A DNA stretch of 24,284 bases from Candidatus Methylomirabilia bacterium (GTDB lineage: Bacteria > Methylomirabilota > Methylomirabilia > Rokubacteriales > CSP1-6). Positions 1-6,679 of this stretch are shown in pieces. Position 1 is the first letter of the stretch, and each line of letters begins with the position of its first letter. Location: assembly GCA_041496385.1 (NCBI GenBank), contig JBGQEL010000059.1, positions 1 through 24,284 on the forward strand, in the 5' to 3' direction. The translations under genes and the position numbers were made by a program. Under the pieces are notes generated by a model. That model was not told where the DNA came from. It made no database searches and worked only from the letters and a program-made list of their open reading frames with translations.

Positions 1-139
1 GCGGCTCGCTCAATTTGTCGCAACGTCCGTGGGGCGGACGCGGCAAGTGAACCCCGAGCGAAGCGCCCGCCCGGTGTCTGGTGCGGTGATGAGCCAACCT
101 CGAGCCCGCTATTCACCCGCTTTTTCCGCAACCTGCTAG
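1..139 (+). mobile_element. Probable terminal end of an insertion sequence (IS5/IS1182-like, CTAG-bounded)
   Basis: Ends in TTTTTCCGCAACCTGCTAG (121-139), resembling the CTAGCAGG(C/T)TG..GAAAA termini of IS5/IS1182-like elements. Frame +2 is open from 2 to the TAG at 137-139 (..FSATC*). The NTF2-like gene loses its protein-like character at this point. No transposase catalytic motif is visible in the window. Confidence 0.45.
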
Positions 140-317
140 CGCGCTTTGTGCGTTCCGGCTGCTCGGCGAAGCGGACCACACAATCGTCGGTGAACCCTCG
201 CACGAGGGTCTGGATATCTAACCGGTGGAACATGCTTTCGACCGCGCGCAGGAGCTGGTTGGCTTGGGCTTTGGTCCACCGGCCCTCACCTTTGGGAAAG
301 ATTGCCTTCTTGGCCAC
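140..317 (-). pseudogene. NTF2/SnoaL-like protein, N-terminal part, interrupted at the putative IS end
   Basis: GGGAGG RBS (323-328) precedes a GTG at 317. Manual translation gives MAKKAIFPKGEGRWTKAQANQLLRAVESMFHRLDIQTLVRGFTDDCVVRFAEQPE, matching the SnoaL-like pattern F.R.D...L...FTDD.V. Absent from the ORF track because the frame runs off the window edge. Confidence 0.55.
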
Positions 318-362
318 AGAGGCCTCCCTTCGACGGATGGCGCGAGCCACGGTCACGAGAAT

Positions 363-1091
363 TCAGCGCACAACGTCCCCCCAGACGACGTAGCGCCGGC
401 GCGTACGCTGCTCCTGCCCTTCCTCGACCATTCGCTCCTGGGCGGCCACGAGATCGAGCAGGGGGTCGCTGCCTACGTTCACGAGCCCATGCGCCCTCAG
501 CAGCGTCTCGATCTCCTCCCGCGCCCGGCCCCCCAGGAATGGGAGCTGGTCGCCGACCGCCGCGTACTCCGGGCTCATGCGGGCATTCTCCGACGACGTC
601 GGCGCCGCGCCAGTATCGAACTGTCCGTCCACGACGACAAGGCGCCCTGCCGGCCGGAGGACTCGGATCCACTCATCAACCGCGGCCTCCGGGTGCTGGA
701 GCGTCCAGAGCACATGGCGGCTGATCACGAGGTCAAAGCTGCCGGTCATGAACGGGAGTTGCTCGGCGTCGGCCTCCTCAAACCGGATCGAGACACCACG
801 TTCCCCCGCCTTGCGCCGCGCCTCGGCGAGCATCGCGGGTGCGAAATCGACGCCGATGACGTGATGACCGCGGGCCGCAAGCTCGAAGGTGAGGAAGCCG
901 GTGCCGCAACCTGCGTCGAGCGCGTGGAGGACGCCTCGGCCCGCGAGGATGAGATCGAAGATGCGGTCCCAGGCGGCGCGCTCGGCGGACGTGCGGATGC
1001 TGTGGCCAAAGTCGTCGTCGAAGCGTGGCGCCCGCCGATCCCAATGGGCCGCGACTTGCTGCTTGACGATGTTCGTTCGGCCAGACGTCAT
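363..1091 (-). CDS. Class I SAM-dependent methyltransferase (UbiE/Methyltransf_11-like)
   Basis: Motif I LDAGCGTG, GVDFAPAML, DAEQLPF..GSFDLV and RVLRPAGRL. Confidence 0.9.
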   Translation of the reverse strand: MTSGRTNIVKQQVAAHWDRRAPRFDDDFGHSIRTSAERAAWDRIFDLILAGRGVLHALDAGCGTGFLTFELAARGHHVIGVDFAPAMLAEARRKAGERGVSIRFEEADAEQLPFMTGSFDLVISRHVLWTLQHPEAAVDEWIRVLRPAGRLVVVDGQFDTGAAPTSSENARMSPEYAAVGDQLPFLGGRAREEIETLLRAHGLVNVGSDPLLDLVAAQERMVEEGQEQRTRRRYVVWGDVVR

Positions 1092-1118
1092 TACGATGTT
1101 GTCCCGGGCGATTCGGTT

Positions 1119-1148
1119 CTACTCAATCACCTGATCCGCCCGCAGTAG
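1119..1148 (-). repeat. 30-nt scar of an ABC substrate-binding protein gene 3' end (LLRADQVIE*)
   Basis: Minus strand reads CTA CTG CGG GCG GAT CAG GTG ATT GAG TAG. The 20-mer ATCACCTGATCCGCCCGCAG (1126-1145) is identical to 3238-3257. Confidence 0.8.
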
Positions 1149-1162
1149 GCACCCCCCCCCTC

Positions 1163-2164
1163 CTACCCCTTCAACTCCTTCTTCAGCTCGGTCAGGAAGC
1201 GCCAGTCGGTGCCCTGGGCGATGATCTGCTGGGGGCTCGCCTTGATCATCCCCGCCTCACGCAGGCGAAGAGCATAGAAACGGACGGTGTCCTCGGGGTC
1301 ATACGTGCGCCATTTGTTGTACGGGATCTGCCTCATCGCTTCAGCGGCATAGTCGTAGTTCGGCGTGAACCCTTTATCTACCATGATCCGCGCCGCCCGG
1401 GCCGGCTCGAGTGCGCATACGTCGGCCGCCTTCAAGGTCGCCCGCAGCGCGCGCTTGGTCGCCTGCGGGTGCTTGCGGACGAAGTCGCGATTGCCGGTCG
1501 CGATGCAGCAGAAGTATTGCGCCCAGGGCCGGTCGACGCTGCTGTTGACGACCACGTGGCCGATCTTCTTCGCCCGCAGCATTTGCGGATCCGGCGGAAA
1601 GCCAAGATACGCGTCCACCTTGCCCTCGGCCAGCAGGCGCATGCCGTCGGCCGGCGGGTGGGCCACGAACTGGATATCCTTCTGCGGGTCGAGCCCCACG
1701 TGGGCGGCCATGCTGGCGATGAACACATGGGGCGCACTTCCCAACCCGAGGACCGCGACCGTCTTGCCCTTCAGGTCGCGGATCGATCGGACCTTCTCGC
1801 TTCCCACGAGCTCGAAGCATCCCACGTGAATGCCGGCGAGCATGATGATCGGGCTCCCCGCATCCACCTGAATGAGAAATGGTGCGACGAACGCCAAGCT
1901 GATGTCCGCCTCGCCTGACGCGAGGACCTTGTACGTTCCGGCGCCATCGGGAACGTACACGTATTGCACATCCGAGAAGCCTTCCGCTCTCAAGAGCTCG
2001 TCCGCGATGTACTGCGGCGCCACGCAGATCCCGGGGATCTTGACGAGCTTGATCGTTCTCGTCTCGAGCGACTCCGCCGCCGCGCTCCATGCCGCCGGCG
2101 CACCGACCGCGCTTGCCATTCCAGCGGCCATCGTCCCGCGAAGGAAGGCTCGTCGGCTGATCAT
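1163..2164 (-). CDS. NMT1/THI5-TauA-like ABC substrate-binding protein with Tat signal (paralog 2)
   Basis: Start reassigned to the ATG at 2164 (ATGA overlap with the upstream gene's stop). SRRAFL twin-arginine motif, SIRDLKGKTVAV, LAEGKVDAYLGFPP. 333 aa. Confidence 0.85.
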   Translation of the reverse strand: MISRRAFLRGTMAAGMASAVGAPAAWSAAAESLETRTIKLVKIPGICVAPQYIADELLRAEGFSDVQYVYVPDGAGTYKVLASGEADISLAFVAPFLIQVDAGSPIIMLAGIHVGCFELVGSEKVRSIRDLKGKTVAVLGLGSAPHVFIASMAAHVGLDPQKDIQFVAHPPADGMRLLAEGKVDAYLGFPPDPQMLRAKKIGHVVVNSSVDRPWAQYFCCIATGNRDFVRKHPQATKRALRATLKAADVCALEPARAARIMVDKGFTPNYDYAAEAMRQIPYNKWRTYDPEDTVRFYALRLREAGMIKASPQQIIAQGTDWRFLTELKKELKG

Positions 2165-3171
2165 CCCTTCAGCTCCTTCTTCAGCTCGTTCAGGAACCGC
2201 CAGTCCGCGCCCTGGGCAAGGATCTTCTGGGGAGCCGACGTGATGAGTCCCGACTCGTGCAGACGAAGCGCGTAGAACCGCAGCGTGTCGGCGGGGCTGA
2301 AGTCTCGCCAGCGGGAGTAGGGGAGTTCCGTCAACATACGGCGCATGAACTCGTACTCCTGAGTAAAGCCCCTGTCGACGAGATACTGGGCTACCCGCGC
2401 GGGTTGATCGCTGCAGAGCTGCGTGGCCTTCAGCATTGCACGGACTGCCCGCTTGGTCGCGATCGGGTACTGGCGAACGAAGTCGTGGCGCGCGGCGACG
2501 AAGCAGCAGAAGTAGAGAGACCATGGTCGATCGGTGGCGATGTTGACGAGGACGTGTCCAATGCGCTTCGCCCGAAGTTCTTGCGGCTCCGGCGGGAAGC
2601 CGAGGAACGCATCGATTTTCCCTTCCGCGAAGAGGCGCATCGACTCTTGGGCTGGCTGGGTGACCCAGTTGACATCCTTGGCGGGGTCGAGGCCGACGTG
2701 CGCGAGCATGATCGAGAGGAGAAGGTGCCGGCCAGAGTGCAAGTCGGGGATGGCCACCGCTCGGCCCTTGAGGTCGAGGATCGTTCGGATGGACTCGGTG
2801 GCAAACAGCTCATAGCAGCCGACGTGAAGGCCGGTGAGAGCCACCAAGGGCAGCCCGCGGTCGAGCTGGCGAACGAAGGAAGGAGCATCCCAGCCGCCGA
2901 AGTCTGCTTTCCCCTCGGGCAACACGGTGTGCGCAGGTCCTTTGACGTACTCCACCGTGGCGAACCCCTCCGCCTGGAGGAGCCGTTCTCCCGCCATATA
3001 AATTGCCGCGAAACAGGTCGCGGGACTCTGGGCGATCCGGATCGTCGTCGTCTCGGGCGGCGGCTCGGCGAGAGCCGGTTCAGCACCGAGTCCCATGAGC
3101 CCGGAGGTTCCCGCGAGGGCTGCAGCGTGGAGGAATTTGCGGCGGTCCCACTGATCGGCCCGGCTGTTCAT
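2161..3171 (-). CDS. NMT1/THI5-TauA-like ABC substrate-binding protein with Tat signal (paralog 1)
   Basis: GGGAGG RBS before the ATG at 3171. DRRKFL twin-arginine motif, TILDLKGRAVAI, FAEGKIDAFLGFPP, and the same C-terminus type (WRFL.ELKKELKG) as paralog 2. 336 aa. Confidence 0.85.
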   Translation of the reverse strand: MNSRADQWDRRKFLHAAALAGTSGLMGLGAEPALAEPPPETTTIRIAQSPATCFAAIYMAGERLLQAEGFATVEYVKGPAHTVLPEGKADFGGWDAPSFVRQLDRGLPLVALTGLHVGCYELFATESIRTILDLKGRAVAIPDLHSGRHLLLSIMLAHVGLDPAKDVNWVTQPAQESMRLFAEGKIDAFLGFPPEPQELRAKRIGHVLVNIATDRPWSLYFCCFVAARHDFVRQYPIATKRAVRAMLKATQLCSDQPARVAQYLVDRGFTQEYEFMRRMLTELPYSRWRDFSPADTLRFYALRLHESGLITSAPQKILAQGADWRFLNELKKELKG

Positions 3172-3230
3172 GGGCGAGCCTCCCTGGGGCGAATGGCTGG
3201 AGTGTGGCACAGGCGGGCTGCGAACGGCGG

Positions 3231-3453
3231 TCATTCGATCACCTGATCCGCCCGCAGCAGCAGCGACTGGGGGATCGTCAAGCCGAGGGCCTTGGCGGCC
3301 CTCGCGTTGATCCACAGCTCGAACGCGGTCGGCTGCTCCACTGGCAGGTCGCCGGGCTCTTGGCCCCCTTGAGGATCCGGTCGACGTAGCGGGGGGCGCG
3401 GCGGTACTGATCGACCGGAGTTCGTCGAGGCGGGGGGTCTCTCCTCCTATGCC
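3231..3453 (-). pseudogene. C-terminal remnant of an ABC_sub_bind (PF04392-type) substrate-binding protein, frameshifted and partly inverted
   Basis: Minus strand reads [19 protein letters not shown], then a 2-nt shift, then [41 protein letters not shown]. The normally preceding segment [13 protein letters not shown] is on the plus strand at 3415-3453. Confidence 0.85.
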
Positions 3454-3562
3454 AGAGCGCACGACAGAAATTCAGTCGCTACCTTCGCCGCCCGTGACTG
3501 CGTGGGACTGGCCGCGAGTGCGAAGATGCGCAGTTTCCGAACTACCTTCTTACGCCGCCCCT

Positions 3563-3943
3563 CTATTGAGCCCTCGGCAGGACCGTGATCCATCTCTCAG
3601 GGCACGCCTGAACGTATGGGTAATAGGCGCCGGCGCTTTGACAGTAATACCAGTACGACGGAAGCGGAGCCGGTGGCTGGACGTACATTGGTGGCTCTTG
3701 AACGACGACGGGTGACGGAGCGTACCAGTAATATGGCGGAGGGTAATACCACAAGTACGGGCCCCACCAGAATGAAGGGCCACCTCCGATGCCGCCATGA
3801 CCCCTGAACCCGTGGCGGCCGTGCTCGTGGTGGCCGTGCTCACTGTGGCCCCCGTGTCCCCCGTTTCCCTTTGCGTAGGTTGGCACTCCAGGCGCGAGAA
3901 GTAGCGCGACCGCCAGGAGGGAAATCACGGCTGGCCTTCTCAT
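3563..3943 (-). CDS. Small secreted His/Gly-, Pro/Tyr-rich hypothetical protein
   Basis: Signal-peptide-like N-terminus (MRRPAVISLLAVALLLAPGVPTYA), GHGGHSEHGHHEHGRHG tract, PPPYY region and C-terminal YWYYC..AGAYYPYV..CP..W motif. Confidence 0.8.
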   Translation of the reverse strand: MRRPAVISLLAVALLLAPGVPTYAKGNGGHGGHSEHGHHEHGRHGFRGHGGIGGGPSFWWGPYLWYYPPPYYWYAPSPVVVQEPPMYVQPPAPLPSYWYYCQSAGAYYPYVQACPERWITVLPRAQ

Positions 3944-4007
3944 GACCCATCCCCCACTCGCTTACGGAGGAAACCCTCGACCGAGATGCGCGGTTCCGGG
4001 ATTCTTC

Positions 4008-4139
4008 TCGGGATTTCCGTGATGTTTGGGAGACGAACGTGCTGAGCAGCGGCCGAAGCGCTTTGCCGCCACACTTCGGACACTTGATCTGCCCCTTCTC
4101 ATGCTCGCTGATCGTTAGGGTATGCGTCACGTCGCGATT
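4008..4139 (-). pseudogene. FmdB-family zinc-ribbon protein, 5'-truncated
   Basis: Reads NRDVTHTLTISEHEKGQIKCPKCGGKALRPLLSTFVSQTSRKS. The second CxxC is present, while the MPxYEY start and first CxxC are missing. CGA at 4008-4010 sits where a TGA stop would be expected. Confidence 0.65.
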
Positions 4140-4499
4140 CCACGCGCTACGGCGTCACATCGTCTGGCTGAAGACCGAGTCGCTGCGGCGCGGATGGGGG
4201 GAGCCGCAGTGGCTCTTCCCGAACGAGGAGGGCTCCCCGCTCGACGGTAGTCGGGCCCGCAAGGTCTTCCGGGCCGCGCTGACGGCAGCGAAGCTCCCGT
4301 CGTTCAGGGTTTACGACCTGCGCCACACCTTCGGGTCTCTGCTGCTCTCGATGAACGCGGCGCTCGTGTACGTCAGCCAGCAGATGGGGCACCAGTCGCC
4401 CACCACAACGCTGAAGTGGTACGCGAAGTACATCCCGGGTACGGGCAAGCGATGGGTGAACCTGCTGGATCTTACGAGCCACGCGATCGCGAAGAACTT

Positions 4500-4521
4500 T
4501 GGAACCAAAACCTGGAACCAA
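4500..4521. repeat. Tandem 9-bp direct repeat TGGAACCAA (candidate integrase arm-type sites)
   Basis: TGGAACCAA at 4500-4508 and 4513-4521, about 45 nt from the tRNA CCA end. Confidence 0.55.
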
Positions 4522-4530
4522 GACGACCCA

Positions 4531-4556
4531 GGGGCTTCCGGTGTTCTGGAAGCCCC
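4531..4556 (-). terminator. Hairpin just downstream of tRNA-Lys
   Basis: Perfect 9-bp stem GGGGCTTCC/GGAAGCCCC with an 8-nt loop, about 10 nt 3' of the CCA. No clear U-tract. Confidence 0.5.
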
Positions 4557-4565
4557 CGGAAGATC

Positions 4566-4641
4566 TGGTGAGCCGTCCGGGATTCGAACCCGGGACCCCC
4601 TGATTAAAAGTCAGGTGCTCTACCTACTGAGCTAACGGCTC
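4566..4641 (-). tRNA. tRNA-Lys (anticodon UUU)
   Basis: 76 nt: GAGCCGTTAGCTCAGTAGGTAGAGCACCTGACTTTTAATCAGGGGGTCCCGGGTTCGAATCCCGGACGGCTCACCA. Acceptor stem, D arm, CTTTTAA anticodon loop, GTTCGAA T loop and encoded CCA. Confidence 0.98.
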
Positions 4642-4650
4642 GTGCGTGCG

Positions 4651-4656
4651 ATTCTA
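4651..4656 (-). promoter_or_regulatory. Candidate -10 box (TAGAAT) for tRNA-Lys
   Basis: TAGAAT ends 9 nt upstream of the mature tRNA 5' end and includes the TAG stop of the receiver gene. Confidence 0.5.
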
Positions 4657-5040
4657 CGCGCTTACGGGGCCTTCGGCGCGGAGCACCTCCTCGATCGCGG
4701 TCCGGAGCTCGCGGGAGCCGACCGGCTTCATGAGCGAGGCGCGCACGCCGAGGTGGCGGGCGACGTCGGGATTGATCGCGTCGGCGATCCCCGACACGAT
4801 GATCACCGGCACCCGGCGCGCCGCGCTCTCCCAGAGTCGCGACAGGAACTCGATGCCGTTCAGCTCGGTCAGCGGCATGACGATGTCGAGGACGATCAGG
4901 TCCGGCTGCTCGCGGGCATAGGCCTCGGCCGCGCCCGTGGTGCTCGTCAGGCCCACCGCGTGGTGGCCGCCGGCGCGGATGGCCTCGACCCAGATCTCGT
5001 TGACGTCAGGATCGTCCTCGATCACGAACACGGTTGCCAT
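4654..5040 (-). CDS. Stand-alone response regulator receiver (CheY-like)
   Basis: VIEDD acidic pocket, PDLIVLDIVMP phospho-acceptor, IIVSG and MKP. GGGGAGG RBS. Confidence 0.9.
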   Translation of the reverse strand: MATVFVIEDDPDVNEIWVEAIRAGGHHAVGLTSTTGAAEAYAREQPDLIVLDIVMPLTELNGIEFLSRLWESAARRVPVIIVSGIADAINPDVARHLGVRASLMKPVGSRELRTAIEEVLRAEGPVSA

Positions 5041-5073
5041 CGGTGCTGCCCTCCCCGCCCGTCGAGGGGGCGT

Positions 5074-5352
5074 TCAGGGCGACTCCCGGGGCGCGCGCTG
5101 GAACGCGGTGACCCCGACCACGGCGTAGCCCCGGGCGCGGATCTGCCGCTCGATCTCGCGCCGCGCGCGCCGCTCGCTCTGGCGCCGCTCGGAGGTGCCC
5201 GCGCGGTCCCGGGCGCCGCGTCGCTCGGAGACGCGCCGCTCGAGCATCACCTGCACGGTGTCGTCGCCAGCGAACGTGCGCTTGAGTGAGTCGTAGAAGT
5301 CACGGCGGCTTTCGCCCACGATGAAGAGCAGCCGCTTGACCCGCCAGGGCAC
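5074..5352 (-). CDS. Small hypothetical protein with ERR repeats
   Basis: GTG start immediately after the purA stop. LLFIV..SRRDFYDSLKRTF..DDTVQVML, then ERRVSERR...ERRQSERR, then RGYAVV. About 92 aa, start uncertain. Confidence 0.65.
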   Translation of the reverse strand: MPWRVKRLLFIVGESRRDFYDSLKRTFAGDDTVQVMLERRVSERRGARDRAGTSERRQSERRARREIERQIRARGYAVVGVTAFQRAPRESP

Positions 5353-5353
5353 G

Positions 5354-6679
5354 CTAGGTGAGGCTCGAGCGCACCGACGGGAACCACCGCACGAGGGGCG
5401 AGTCCTCGCAGAGGATCGTCTCGTCACGCTGCGGTCCCGTCGAGATGAGGCCGAACGGCACCTCGACCAGCTCCTCGAGGCGCTCGAGGTAGCGGCGCGC
5501 CTTCGCCGGCAGGTCGGCCTCGTTCTTGGCGCCGCCGGTCGACGCGCGCCAGCCCTCGACCTCCTCGTAGACGGGCCGGGCCTCGGCCACGACGTTCTCG
5601 TCCTCGGGGAACTCCGTGAGCACCTCGCCGCGGTAGCTGTAGCCGACGCAGATCTTCACGATGTCGCACTGGTCGAGCACGTCGAGCTTGGTGAGCGCGA
5701 TGGTGTCCAGACCGTTGATGCGCGAGGCGTACCGCCCGACGATGGCGTCGAACCAGCCGCAGCGCCGCGGCCGGCCGGTGGTGGCCCCGTACTCGTGGCC
5801 GCGCGCGCGGATCTCCTCGGCGATCGTCCCCGCCATCTCCGAGGGGAAGGGCCCGCCGCCGACGCGCGTCGTGTAGGCCTTGGAGACGCCGAGCACGCCG
5901 TGGATGCGCGTGGGCGGCACGCCGGTGCCGGTTGACGCGCCGCCGGCGGTCGTCGAGGACGAGGTGATGTACGGGTACGTCCCGTGGTCGATGTCGAGCA
6001 TGGTCGCCTGCGCGCCCTCGAAGAGGACGCTGTAGCCGTGCTCGATCCAGCGCGAGAGCAGGAGCGCGGTGTCGGTGATGTACGGCGCCAGCCAGCCCGC
6101 GTAGCGGAGGTACTGGTTGAGGATCTCGTCCACGGAAAAGGTCTGGGCGTCGTAGATCTCGCGCAGCAGCCGGTTCTTCTGGGCGACGTTCAGCTCGAGC
6201 TTCTCGCGGAAGAGCCGCTCGTTCAGGAGATCGGCCATCCGGATGCCGACGCGCGCGGCCTTGTCCACGTAGGCCGGCCCCACGCCCTTGCCGGTCGTGC
6301 CGATCCGCCGCTTGCCGAGCTTGGCCTCCGAGGCCAGGTCGAGCGCCGGGTGGTAGGGCATGATCAGGTGCGCGTTCTTCGAGATGAAGAGGTTGCCGTC
6401 GAGCGTCACGCCGCGCTGGACGAGCGACTCCATCTCCTCGATCAGCGACCCCGGATCCACGACGACGCCGCAGCCGATGACGCACCGGCAGCCCGGGTGG
6501 AGGATGCCCGACGGAATCGTGTGCAGGACGTACTTCTCACGCCCCACGACCACCGTGTGGCCGGCGTTGTTGCCGCCGGCGAACCGCGCCACGACGTTCA
6601 CGTGCGGGGCCAGGATGTCGACCACCTTGCCCTTGCCCTCGTCCCCCCACTGCGTGCCGACGACCACGATGTTAGGCAT
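5354..6679 (-). CDS. purA: Adenylosuccinate synthetase
   Basis: QWGDEGKGK, GGNNAGHT, IGTTGKGVGPAY, EYGATTGRPRRCGW and TKLDVL. Confidence 0.98.
   Translation of the reverse strand: MPNIVVVGTQWGDEGKGKVVDILAPHVNVVARFAGGNNAGHTVVVGREKYVLHTIPSGILHPGCRCVIGCGVVVDPGSLIEEMESLVQRGVTLDGNLFISKNAHLIMPYHPALDLASEAKLGKRRIGTTGKGVGPAYVDKAARVGIRMADLLNERLFREKLELNVAQKNRLLREIYDAQTFSVDEILNQYLRYAGWLAPYITDTALLLSRWIEHGYSVLFEGAQATMLDIDHGTYPYITSSSTTAGGASTGTGVPPTRIHGVLGVSKAYTTRVGGGPFPSEMAGTIAEEIRARGHEYGATTGRPRRCGWFDAIVGRYASRINGLDTIALTKLDVLDQCDIVKICVGYSYRGEVLTEFPEDENVVAEARPVYEEVEGWRASTGGAKNEADLPAKARRYLERLEELVEVPFGLISTGPQRDETILCEDSPLVRWFPSVRSSLT

Larger units (their letters stand above)
1..4565. mobile_element. Degenerate genomic island integrated at the tRNA-Lys 3' end (left border outside window)
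   Basis: Integrase remnant abuts the tRNA 3' end, several pseudogenes and accessory genes are present, and the sequence is visibly more A/T-containing than the core region. Confidence 0.65.
4141..4635 (+). pseudogene. Tyrosine recombinase/phage integrase, C-terminal fragment
   Basis: WLFPN..G..LD, box II YDLRHTFGSLLL, VSQQMGH and catalytic Tyr in TLKWYAK. Box I Arg and the N-terminal domains are missing. The frame continues antisense through the tRNA to TAA at 4633-4635. Confidence 0.85.

Noticed and set aside
225..1148. 307-aa plus-strand ORF ending LLNHLIRPQ
   Set aside because: Antisense to the methyltransferase. Its tail is the reverse reading of the LLRADQVIE scar.
3204..3389. 61-aa ORF containing [23 protein letters not shown]
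   Set aside because: Reverse-strand reading of the ABC-SBP remnant, not an independent gene.
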